Source: Candidatus Humimicrobium oleiphilum
GTDB taxonomy: Bacteria; Actinomycetota; Humimicrobiia; Humimicrobiales; Humimicrobiaceae
DNA length: 64,000 bases
Reading direction: 5' to 3'
NCBI GenBank assembly: GCA_002304935.1
Contig: DBPS01000009.1
Coordinates: forward strand, 19,046-83,045
The notes under the pieces were generated by a model. It saw nothing but the letters and a program-made list of their open reading frames with translations. It had not been told where the DNA came from and did not search any database. The position numbers and the translations under genes are program-made. Of the stretch, positions 10,162 through 19,335 are shown piece after piece; position 1 is the first letter of the stretch, and every line of letters starts with the position of its first letter.

Positions 10162-12051
10162 TTGATATTGGAAAAAGATGTTGTAATACTTACAGGAAAT
10201 GAAGCCATAGCATTAGGTGCCCATGAAGCAGGCGTCGGATTTGCGAGCGCTTATCCAGGGACTCCTTCCACTGAAATACTGGAAAATATTGCCAGATCAG
10301 GAAATATTTATTGCCAGTGGTCCACTAATGAAAAAGTTGCTTTGGAAGTTGCATCAGGTGCCAGCCTGGCAGGCAGAAGAGCTATTGTCGCAATGAAACA
10401 TGTCGGGCTTAATGTTGCTTCTGATCCTTTTATGACTCTTGCGTATACCGGCGTCAACGGAGGCCTGGTAATAATATCTGCAGATGATCCAGGCATGCAC
10501 AGCTCCCAGAATGAGCAGGATAACAGGTATTATGCAAAAATGGCAAAGGTGCCTCTTCTTGAGCCTTCAGATAGTCAGGAGTGTAAAGATTTTATTGTTA
10601 AAGCATTTGAAATAAGCGAGGAATATGATACGCCGGTCCTGCTAAGGACTACGACAAGAATATCCCATTCAGGTTCAGTCGTAAAAAAAAGTAAAGCAAG
10701 AAATCAGGAGACGGCCAGGACATATTCAAAAGATTCCATGAAGTATGTCATGATTCCTGCATTTGCCAGGAACAGGCATAAGATCCTTCTTGAAAAATTT
10801 GAAAAACTTAAGGAATTTTCCGATAAAACAGATATTAATAAAATTGTAAATTTAAAAGATAAAAAATCTTTCTGCAAGATAGGCATAATTTCAAGCGGAG
10901 CCTGTTTCCAGTATGCATCTGAGGCATTTAAAGACTATCCCATATTAAAATTAGGAATGACAAACCCTCTTCCTTTTGGTCTGATAGAAGATTTTGTATC
11001 TGACAAATCATTGATTATAGTTGTTGAAGAACTTGAACCATTCCTTGAGGAACAGATAAGAGCTTCTTTCTTAAATTGTAAAGTAATAGGAAAAAGTTTT
11101 TTACCCGGATATGGAGAGCTCAATGTTGAAATACTTAAGAGCCTGAATAAATTTATTGCCAGCGAAAATATCCTGGAATTTATTCATGAACATACATTAA
11201 AAGATTTGGAAAACAAGATAAAAAAGTTTAAAGAAAAAAATTCCTATATATCTGGAAATAAAGAAAAAAATGATATTAAAGATTCAGTAAAAAAAACAAT
11301 TCCTCCAAGACCGCCTGTTCTCTGTGCGGGATGTACCCACAGGCCTGTTTTTCATATTTTAAAAAAACTGAAGGTAATGGTGATGGGAGATATCGGATGC
11401 TATACTCTTTCAGTTCTGCCTCCACTTGACAGCCTTGACAGCTGTCTTTGTATGGGAGCTGGTGTGGGTCAGGCACTCGGGATTGAAAAAGCAAATGATA
11501 ATTATAAAAATAAAGTTGTTTCAGTAATCGGAGATTCTACTTTTTTCCATTCGGGGATTACTTCTCTTATTGATAATGTGTTTAACAGGGGGACCGGCCT
11601 TGTAATAATACTTGATAACAGAGTTACTGCCATGACCGGGCATCAGACAAATCCCGGAATAGGAAGTACTCTTATGGGTGAAGATACCCACATGATTCTT
11701 CCTGAAGAAATAGTAAAAGCTGTAGGGGTAAAAAATATACGGATTGTAGACCCATATGATGTCGATCTGCTGGAAAGAACAATAAAAGAAGAATTGAACA
11801 GGAAAGAACTTTCGGTCATTATCTGCCGTCAGGAATGTGCTCTTATAAACCAGAAACAAATACTAAGGGAATTCTATATAGACGAATCAGTATGTAAAAA
11901 ATGCGGAATGTGCATTAGGATCGGATGTCCGGCAATTGGATATGAAAACGATAAATATTTTATCAATCAGGCAATCTGTACCAGCTGTGGTGTCTGCTCA
12001 CAGATATGTCCGTGGGATTCAATTAAAGCAAATGAAGAGAATAACTTATAA
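10162..12051 (+). CDS. iorA: indolepyruvate:ferredoxin oxidoreductase alpha subunit
   Basis: TPP/pyrimidine-binding N-terminus, two C-terminal 4Fe-4S ferredoxin motifs (CKKCGMCIRIGCP, CTSCGVCSQICP); TTG start. Confidence 0.9.
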   Translation: MILEKDVVILTGNEAIALGAHEAGVGFASAYPGTPSTEILENIARSGNIYCQWSTNEKVALEVASGASLAGRRAIVAMKHVGLNVASDPFMTLAYTGVNGGLVIISADDPGMHSSQNEQDNRYYAKMAKVPLLEPSDSQECKDFIVKAFEISEEYDTPVLLRTTTRISHSGSVVKKSKARNQETARTYSKDSMKYVMIPAFARNRHKILLEKFEKLKEFSDKTDINKIVNLKDKKSFCKIGIISSGACFQYASEAFKDYPILKLGMTNPLPFGLIEDFVSDKSLIIVVEELEPFLEEQIRASFLNCKVIGKSFLPGYGELNVEILKSLNKFIASENILEFIHEHTLKDLENKIKKFKEKNSYISGNKEKNDIKDSVKKTIPPRPPVLCAGCTHRPVFHILKKLKVMVMGDIGCYTLSVLPPLDSLDSCLCMGAGVGQALGIEKANDNYKNKVVSVIGDSTFFHSGITSLIDNVFNRGTGLVIILDNRVTAMTGHQTNPGIGSTLMGEDTHMILPEEIVKAVGVKNIRIVDPYDVDLLERTIKEELNRKELSVIICRQECALINQKQILREFYIDESVCKKCGMCIRIGCPAIGYENDKYFINQAICTSCGVCSQICPWDSIKANEENNL

Positions 12052-12676
12052 TAGTCCGGATAAATATAAAGCAGTATCTGATGCTATTTTAAAAGAAACG
12101 GGAACAATTTCTGTTCTTTTTGCCGGTGTCGGAGGACAGGGGATACTTCTGGCTACAGGCATAATGGCAAGGGCGTGTCTTTTTGAAGGTTTTGATGTAA
12201 AAGTCTCTGAAGTTCACGGGATGGCCCAGCGAGGAGGAAGTGTCGTAGGGAGTATAAGGTTTGGGGAAAAAGTGTTTTCTCCTACAATTGATTTTGCAGA
12301 TTTTATTATTGCGCTTGAGGAATCAGAGCCATTAAGATATGTTGATAATCTTAAAAAGGACAGTGTGCTCATCTATAATACCTACAGGATTTACCCAACG
12401 ACTGTTTATGGCGGAAGCTGTAATTATCCTGGCAATATAAGAGAGATGCTTTTAAAATTTACATCAGATGTTTTTCCGGTAGATGCATATAAAATTGCAA
12501 GGCAGCAGGGAAAAAGCAAAGCTATGAATGTAGTTTTGCTGGGCTTTTTCTCTAATTTTCTTCCCATCAGCACTGACAGCTGGGAAAATGCAATAAAAGA
12601 TATTGTTTCACCGACAATTCTTGAAATAAATTTAAATGCTTTTAAAGCAGGCAGGAATCTTATTAATAATTTTTAG
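12032..12676 (+). CDS. iorB: indolepyruvate:ferredoxin oxidoreductase beta subunit (start uncertain; ORF frame opens at 11936)
   Basis: LFAGVGGQGILLATGIMARA ... EVHGMAQRGGSV gamma-domain motifs. Confidence 0.85.
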   Translation: MKRITYNSPDKYKAVSDAILKETGTISVLFAGVGGQGILLATGIMARACLFEGFDVKVSEVHGMAQRGGSVVGSIRFGEKVFSPTIDFADFIIALEESEPLRYVDNLKKDSVLIYNTYRIYPTTVYGGSCNYPGNIREMLLKFTSDVFPVDAYKIARQQGKSKAMNVVLLGFFSNFLPISTDSWENAIKDIVSPTILEINLNAFKAGRNLINNF

Positions 12677-12686
12677 GAGGTATAAA

Positions 12687-13085
12687 ATGCCGATAAAACA
12701 ACTAACTGTGTTTCTGGAGAACAAACTTGGAAGACTTGCTGAGGTTACAAGGATTTTAAAAAAAGAAAATGTCAATCTTCAGGGTTTTTCAACTACAGAA
12801 GCAAGAGATTACGGTATTTTAAGACTAGTAGTATCAGATGTTGAAAAGTCGAGGGCAGCTTTGAAAAAAGCAGGCTTTACAACTCATGTTGCTGACGCAA
12901 TATGCATAAGGGTTGAAGACAGACCGGGTGAACTGCTGAATGTTCTTGATACTCTTTCAGATGCTAAAATAAATATAGATTATATTTATGTTATTGCTGG
13001 AACGAGAGTAGTATTAAGTGTCCCGGAACTTGACAGAGCTGAAAAACTTCTGATTGAAAAGGGCTTCTTTATCTGCAGAGATTAA
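12687..13085 (+). CDS. ACT-domain protein (typical partner of phenylacetate-CoA ligase)
   Basis: tandem ACT repeats; AGGAGG RBS before ATG. Confidence 0.8.
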   Translation: MPIKQLTVFLENKLGRLAEVTRILKKENVNLQGFSTTEARDYGILRLVVSDVEKSRAALKKAGFTTHVADAICIRVEDRPGELLNVLDTLSDAKINIDYIYVIAGTRVVLSVPELDRAEKLLIEKGFFICRD

Positions 13086-13166
13086 GAAAGTAATCTATAA
13101 AATATTCTGCAGGCAGAGATTTATGACAGAATAGCTGTTTTGATTAAATATTAGTAAGGAAATGAA

Positions 13167-14483
13167 ATGGCTTTGGAATTTTTAAATGAAAGCATTGAAA
13201 CGGCAGACAGAAAAATCATTGAAGATATACAGACAGAAAGACTTAGAAACACCTTAGTAAATGTTTATGAAAATGTATTGTTCTACAAGAAAAGGCTGGA
13301 TGACTGCGGTGTTGATCCTTATAATTTCAAGGATATTGGCGAACTGCAGAAAATACCCTTTACAACCAAAGAAGATCTCAGGCTGAATTATCCTTTTCAT
13401 ATGCTTGCACGTCCTTTTGGGGAAATTGTAAGAATACACTCGTCTTCGGGAACTACAGGAAATCCTACAGTGGTGGCTTATACTGGCAGAGATATTGAAA
13501 TGTGGGGAAGCGTAATTGCCAGACAGCTTTTTTCTTTAAACCTGAGAAGGGGAGATATTTTTCAAAACAGTTATGGGTACGGACTGTTTACAGGCGGTCT
13601 GGGTCTTCATTATGGGATAGAGAAGCTTGGCGGAGTTGCTATTCCTGTATCAGGGGGAAATACAGAAAGACAGATTAAAATAATGCAGGATTTCTTATCT
13701 GATGTACTTTGCTGTACTCCTTCCTATGCTTTGCATATTGCGGAAGTCGGAAAAGAGCTTGGAGTTGATTTTTCAGGACTTTCCTTAAAAGCCGGTATCT
13801 TCGGAGCTGAGCCCTGGACAAACCAGATTAGAAAGGAAATTGAAAAGAGGCTAAAAATCAGCGCTTATGATATTTACGGTTTGAGTGAGGTGATAGGGCC
13901 GGGAGTTTCCTGTGAGTGTTATTGCAAAAAAGGGCTGCATGTAGCAGAAGATAATTTTATTGTTGAAACCATTGATCCCAAAACAGGTAAAAATGTGCCC
14001 GGTTCAGAGACAGGTGAGCTTGTTTTTACGACAATCACAAAGGAAGGCATGCCTGTTATCAGATACCGGACAAAAGACCTGTCAAATCTTGTCTATGATA
14101 AATGTGAATGTGGAAGGACCCATGTAAGAATGGCAAAACCAATAGGCAGGTCTGATGACATGCTGATAATAAGGGGGGTAAATGTGTTTCCTTCCCAGAT
14201 CGAGGAAGTGCTGATGAATGTAAAAGAAATAGAGCCTCATTATCTTATAGTTGTTGAAAAAAGAAATTTCCTTGATTTTATCGAAGTATGGGTAGAGGTA
14301 TCTGAAAATATTTTTTCAGAAAAAATGAATGCTCTTGAAATTTTTGAATCATCAATAGAGCACAAGCTTTATTCAGCTATAGGCATAAATATTGATGTAA
14401 AACTTAAAGAGCCAAAAACCATAAAAAGAAGCGAAGGTAAAGCCAGAAGGGTCGTTGATATGAGAAAAGGTGAAAAACCTTAA
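13167..14483 (+). CDS. paaK: phenylacetate--CoA ligase (aryl-acetate CoA ligase)
   Basis: SSGTTGNPT AMP-binding motif, PaaK-type architecture, 438 aa. Confidence 0.9.
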   Translation: MALEFLNESIETADRKIIEDIQTERLRNTLVNVYENVLFYKKRLDDCGVDPYNFKDIGELQKIPFTTKEDLRLNYPFHMLARPFGEIVRIHSSSGTTGNPTVVAYTGRDIEMWGSVIARQLFSLNLRRGDIFQNSYGYGLFTGGLGLHYGIEKLGGVAIPVSGGNTERQIKIMQDFLSDVLCCTPSYALHIAEVGKELGVDFSGLSLKAGIFGAEPWTNQIRKEIEKRLKISAYDIYGLSEVIGPGVSCECYCKKGLHVAEDNFIVETIDPKTGKNVPGSETGELVFTTITKEGMPVIRYRTKDLSNLVYDKCECGRTHVRMAKPIGRSDDMLIIRGVNVFPSQIEEVLMNVKEIEPHYLIVVEKRNFLDFIEVWVEVSENIFSEKMNALEIFESSIEHKLYSAIGINIDVKLKEPKTIKRSEGKARRVVDMRKGEKP

Positions 14484-14557
14484 TAATATCAAAGAGCAAT
14501 CAAATCAAATGAAAGAAAAGTAAAAAAGCTAAAATTAAGAGGAAACCAAAATATAGT

Positions 14558-15451
14558 TTGGAAAATCAAGACATAATAATCTCTGAAATCAATAAAATAA
14601 TATCTGAAGAAATAAAGTTTCTTAATAGATATTATGATTATGATCTGAAAAGATTTTTCTGTACGGAATTATTTTATGGCTCAGCTTTTCTTTCTTTTTT
14701 TAATATTAAAGATATCCGGGATTTCGATACTGGCAGGAATTACAGAATCAACAATCATCTTTATGGCAAAGCAAACTTTTCATTTTTTGATACTGGCAAG
14801 ATTATTGATCTTATTACCGGTATCGAGCTTCTTGCAATTGGCCTGAACATACATTCATCCCATGAAAACATACTGAGAAAGGTTTTTGGTAAATCAGAAA
14901 ATCCGGAGAAGATAATTGAAAAGAATTATACTATTGAGCTTTTATTCGGTGATATTTTTTATTCAAGGGCAATCTCATATCTTATAAATTTTGATGATTT
15001 TGTCATATTTGATAATATATTAAAGTCATTGCTATCGGTTCACCACTCCAGAATAATCATCCACCAGATGATAAAAGATGTTGTTAATGGCATTAAAAAT
15101 ATTTACTGGTTTTTCAATGAAGGTCTGACTGAAATAAAAATGTTAAATGCATTATTAAAAGAAATGTTTTTCACAGGGATAGGGGTATCAAATCTTGACG
15201 TCTCAGGAGAAAAAACCAAGGAATTTCTTGGAGTTATAGATAAAATAGTTTTATTAAAGACATATAATGATTTGGATGATTATACCAGGCAGGCATTATC
15301 TGAATCATCGGAAGCGATTCTATATAATCCCGCCGATGATTTTTACGCCAGGTCTGAAGACTTGAAAAAGAGTCTGGAAATAGAAATAAATAAACTTGAG
15401 CCTGAATGGATTAAAGACAATTTTTTAAAACTATCCTTTAAGTTTGTTTAG
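14558..15451 (+). CDS. polyprenyl synthase-like protein with degenerate first Asp-rich motif (probable non-catalytic subunit of heteromeric prenyl diphosphate synthase)
   Basis: aligns with downstream prenyl synthase: GIELLAIGLNIHSSHENIL vs GIEILHTASLIHDDIID; LLFGDIFYSRAI vs RYAGDYLFTYAF; second motif retained as YNDLDDY. Confidence 0.55.
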   Translation: MENQDIIISEINKIISEEIKFLNRYYDYDLKRFFCTELFYGSAFLSFFNIKDIRDFDTGRNYRINNHLYGKANFSFFDTGKIIDLITGIELLAIGLNIHSSHENILRKVFGKSENPEKIIEKNYTIELLFGDIFYSRAISYLINFDDFVIFDNILKSLLSVHHSRIIIHQMIKDVVNGIKNIYWFFNEGLTEIKMLNALLKEMFFTGIGVSNLDVSGEKTKEFLGVIDKIVLLKTYNDLDDYTRQALSESSEAILYNPADDFYARSEDLKKSLEIEINKLEPEWIKDNFLKLSFKFV

Positions 15452-15523
15452 AAGTTTATATGATTTTTATAAATTAACTGACAAATCAGGGTCAATTACT
15501 ATAAGATTAGAAGGCAAAAGATA

Positions 15524-17248
15524 ATGATTAAAACAGATCTGACATTGTTACACGCACCAAGCGTATATGATTTCAGGAAAAAGAATATTTTTTATGGTCC
15601 TATGAGCGATCTTGTTCCTTCATCCCCTATATTTGAAATGTATCCGATAGGATTTCTGACTATGTCGAACTATCTTGAGAAAAGAGGAATAAGCGTAAGG
15701 ATAATAAATCTCGCTTACCTTATGATGTCTGATAAAAATTTTGATGCAGAAAAATTTATAGGTAAAATAAAAACAAAAACTTTCGGTATAGATATGCACT
15801 GGCTTCCACACTGCCAGGGCTCTAATGAGGTCGCAAAGATAATAAAGCAGTATCATCCTGATACCCCTGTTATTTTTGGAGGATTTTCATCTTCTTATTT
15901 TTATAAAGAACTCATAAGTTTTCCCCATGTCGACTTTATCCTGAGAGGAGACTCAGCTGAAGAACCTCTGTATCAGCTTATGAGTGTAATTAAAAATAAT
16001 AAAGGTGATCTTTCGCTTTTAAAACAAATACCCAATCTTGTCTGGAAAGAGAAAAACGAAATCCATGAAAATCCGATAAGCTGTATATCAGAAGATCTTG
16101 ATGAAGTTGATTTTGATTACAGAATAATGTTTAAACAGGTATTAAAATATAGAAGCCTTAAATCTGTAGTTCCTTTCAATGGATGGATGGATTATCCGGT
16201 CACAACAATACCCGTCATCAGGGGATGCAACAAGAACTGTTCAGGTTGCGGAGGTTCAAAAGCAGCATTTGAACTTTTCGGGAAAAGGACCAGACCTGCG
16301 TTCAGGCAGCCTGAAAAACTTATTGATGAAATACTTTTAACTCAGAGATATATTGATGCTCCTGTTTTTATACTTGGAGATATAACACAGGGAGGAAAAG
16401 AATATCTTGAAGAATTCTTTAAAAATTCAAAAAGATTAAATAAAGATATGCAGATATTCTTTGAATTTTTTGAGCCACCGGACGAATGGTTTTACGACAG
16501 AGTCGCAGAAAATTTTAATTATTTCTGTTTTGAAATCTCGCCTGATTCTCACGATGAGAATATAAGACAGAAAATGGGAAAGCAGTTTACAAACAGCCGT
16601 CTTGTCTCAGGAATTAAATATGCGCTTAAAAAAGGAGCCCGGAGATACGATCTTTATTTCATGACCGGGTTACCGGGACAGACAAAAAGATCAATCATGC
16701 AGACTGTAGATTTTTGCAGGGAGCTTTATGAAACGCTTGAATGGGACAAAAGATTTATGCCGTTTGTTTCTCCCATGGCTCCTTTTATTGATCCCGGAAG
16801 CAGGGCATTTGAAAATCCTGATGAATTCGGTTATGTGATTACCAAAAAAACCCTTGCGGAGCATATTGAAGCCATAACAATGCCTTCCTGGAAATATATA
16901 CTTAATTATGAGAGCAAATCCTTAACAAGAGATGAAATGGTAGAAGCTACATACAATTGCGCAATCGGCCTCAATGCTCTGAAAGGCAGGGCAGGGAGCA
17001 TAAGCAGAAAAGTAATGGAAGAAAATGAAGAGAGAATAATATCTGCCAGAAAAATAATGTCTGAAATAGACAGGATCGTGTCTGATAAAAAAGATCTCTA
17101 TGAAAGCAGGAGTTTTGAAAGCTTAAAAGACAAAGCAATGGAATACAGTCTCTCTACAGTATGCGACAAGAAGGAGCTGGAATTTCCTTTTACAAAGAAG
17201 AATTTTAAATGGTGTTCAATAATAAGAACAGTTCTTTTCAATAGGTGA
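15524..17248 (+). CDS. B12-binding radical SAM protein
   Basis: N-terminal cobalamin-binding-like domain (YPIGFLTMSNYLEKRGISVRIINL ... DFILRGDSAEEP), CxxxCxxC (CNKNCSGC) radical SAM cluster motif. Confidence 0.8.
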   Translation: MIKTDLTLLHAPSVYDFRKKNIFYGPMSDLVPSSPIFEMYPIGFLTMSNYLEKRGISVRIINLAYLMMSDKNFDAEKFIGKIKTKTFGIDMHWLPHCQGSNEVAKIIKQYHPDTPVIFGGFSSSYFYKELISFPHVDFILRGDSAEEPLYQLMSVIKNNKGDLSLLKQIPNLVWKEKNEIHENPISCISEDLDEVDFDYRIMFKQVLKYRSLKSVVPFNGWMDYPVTTIPVIRGCNKNCSGCGGSKAAFELFGKRTRPAFRQPEKLIDEILLTQRYIDAPVFILGDITQGGKEYLEEFFKNSKRLNKDMQIFFEFFEPPDEWFYDRVAENFNYFCFEISPDSHDENIRQKMGKQFTNSRLVSGIKYALKKGARRYDLYFMTGLPGQTKRSIMQTVDFCRELYETLEWDKRFMPFVSPMAPFIDPGSRAFENPDEFGYVITKKTLAEHIEAITMPSWKYILNYESKSLTRDEMVEATYNCAIGLNALKGRAGSISRKVMEENEERIISARKIMSEIDRIVSDKKDLYESRSFESLKDKAMEYSLSTVCDKKELEFPFTKKNFKWCSIIRTVLFNR

Positions 17249-17289
17249 TTTGCAGACTGGTTTGAAAATTATATTATTTTATTAATTTA

Positions 17290-18282
17290 TTGATTATGTT
17301 CCGTAATTTTAAAAAAACCCGGTTTTTAAAAAGGGATCTGGCAGTACTTGATGATTATATCAAATCTATTGTCAGCAATCTGGATGACACGCTTGGCAAA
17401 GTGATTGCCAGCACTCTTCTGGCTGGAGGAAAAAGAATAAGGCCTGCATTATTTCTGATATGCGCCAAAAATAAAAAATATAATATAGACTATCTTTTAC
17501 CTGCAGCAGCCGGGATTGAAATTCTTCATACTGCTTCACTTATTCACGACGACATAATAGATAATTCCTTTTTAAGAAGAGGCAAAAAGACCATTCATAA
17601 TGTTTATGACAAAGATACAGCAAGATATGCCGGAGATTATCTTTTTACATATGCTTTCTATCTCCTGAACAGCTACTCAGATAATCTTATACATAAAGAA
17701 ATGTCAAATACTTCACAAAATCTTGTAATGGGTGAATTTGATCAGCTTAAAACCAAGAGCCTTCTAAGACAGTCTGAAAAAGTCTATCTCGAAAAGATAA
17801 ATGAAAAAACTTCTTCTTTATTTAAGCTAAGCTGCGTTCTTGGCGGTATTCTGTCAGATTCTGAAGAAAGCGATATAGATAATATGAGAAAATTCGGCGG
17901 TCTGCTGGGAATGGCTTTTCAGATAAATGACGATTTAATAGATATAAATATTAATAAACCTGCAGATAAAATAGACAAACCTATAGGGAACGACATAAGA
18001 CAGGGCAATATAACCCTGCCGATAATCTATGCCTTAAGGGATGAAAAAATAAATACCGAAATAAAAAAGTTACTTGAAAAAGAAGATTTTTCAGAAGATG
18101 ATGCTGATATGATATTGAAATTAATCAACAGTTCCGAAGTTGTCGGAATGGTCAGGCAAAAAGTATTTTATTATCTTGATGAAGCAAAAAAAATCGCTGC
18201 CTCAGTTAATGGCAGTTCAAGACGCAACGGTCTTATGGAAGTATGTGACTATCTGATGGGAGCGATAGAAATAAATCAGTAA
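17290..18282 (+). CDS. long-chain polyprenyl diphosphate synthase (trans-IPPS, HepT/IspB-like)
   Basis: LIHDDIIDNSFLRRGK (FARM) and FQINDDLID (SARM); small residues at -4/-5 of FARM suggest long product. Confidence 0.85.
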   Translation: MIMFRNFKKTRFLKRDLAVLDDYIKSIVSNLDDTLGKVIASTLLAGGKRIRPALFLICAKNKKYNIDYLLPAAAGIEILHTASLIHDDIIDNSFLRRGKKTIHNVYDKDTARYAGDYLFTYAFYLLNSYSDNLIHKEMSNTSQNLVMGEFDQLKTKSLLRQSEKVYLEKINEKTSSLFKLSCVLGGILSDSEESDIDNMRKFGGLLGMAFQINDDLIDININKPADKIDKPIGNDIRQGNITLPIIYALRDEKINTEIKKLLEKEDFSEDDADMILKLINSSEVVGMVRQKVFYYLDEAKKIAASVNGSSRRNGLMEVCDYLMGAIEINQ

Positions 18283-18324
18283 CTAAATATGTACAAACTG
18301 ACAAAAAATATTGAAAAGGCCTAG

Positions 18325-19290
18325 ATGAATTTTTATTTAAAAACTTTTATTGAAGTATTAAGTGTTACCATACCTATTTTTGTGGTGGTAGTTATAGGAT
18401 ATCTGTTCAGGAGAAGGGGGATAATTTCTGAAAGAGCTGTTCCTGCTTTAAATAAAATAGCATATTATCTTGGCCTTACGACACTAATTTTTACAAGCAT
18501 AGTAAAATATGACCTGAAAGAAATCTTTAATATCGGTATTGTTAAAACAATTTATACTACTTTTGCAATTTTTATTGTCATTGTTTTTATCTCTGTTTAT
18601 TTTCTGAAGGTCGGTAGAAAAACAAAGGGAGCCATGGCAATATCAAGTTTCAGATGCAATATGGCTTTTGTCGGGATACCAGTGATTATATCAGCATTTG
18701 GAGATATTGCCGGTGCAAAAACAAGCATAATAATCGGATTTATGACCCCTGTAAATATTATCTTTGCAATAATATTCTTAAGAGTCCTTGGCGGGCAGGA
18801 TAATGAAAGAAAAAACTATGGCAGGTTTTTCTTAAGCTTTCTGAAAGACCCTCTTCTGATTGCAGCAGTAGCAGGGATACTAATTTCCTATTTTAGTATT
18901 CCGCTTCCAAAAGCTTTGCTGGATCTGTTAAATATTCTTGCAGGGCTTGCAATACCACTGGCGCTTATAACAATCGGTGCTTCTTTTAGAATTGCCCACA
19001 TAAAACTTAATCTTAAATTTTTAATATTAACATCAATACTGAAACTTGTGGCAGAACCTCTTATTGCTTTTTTTATCGGAAAGTATATGTATGCAATTGA
19101 TCCTGTGGATATAAGCATCATCGTGATTTTATTCGGGATGCCTCTTGCAGTTGCAGCATATATTATGGGAAGAGAATATGATTCTGATTCTGATTTTATT
19201 TCATCAGCGCTGATTCTATCGACAGTAACTTCGGCTCTTACAATAACTCTCTGGCTTTTCTTTTTAAAAATATTTTTCCGGATGACCTGA
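18325..19290 (+). CDS. AEC-family (auxin efflux carrier) membrane transporter
   Basis: 10-TM architecture, AEC signature N-terminus. Confidence 0.7.
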   Translation: MNFYLKTFIEVLSVTIPIFVVVVIGYLFRRRGIISERAVPALNKIAYYLGLTTLIFTSIVKYDLKEIFNIGIVKTIYTTFAIFIVIVFISVYFLKVGRKTKGAMAISSFRCNMAFVGIPVIISAFGDIAGAKTSIIIGFMTPVNIIFAIIFLRVLGGQDNERKNYGRFFLSFLKDPLLIAAVAGILISYFSIPLPKALLDLLNILAGLAIPLALITIGASFRIAHIKLNLKFLILTSILKLVAEPLIAFFIGKYMYAIDPVDISIIVILFGMPLAVAAYIMGREYDSDSDFISSALILSTVTSALTITLWLFFLKIFFRMT

Positions 19291-19335
19291 GGACATAATA
19301 ATCGTGAAGACTTAAAGATATTATATATAATAAAT

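Noticed and set aside
10014-10202. 62-aa plus-strand ORF overlapping the ior promoter and iorA start
   Set aside because: Low-complexity, AT-driven ORF spanning a consensus promoter and the iorA RBS. No coding signal.
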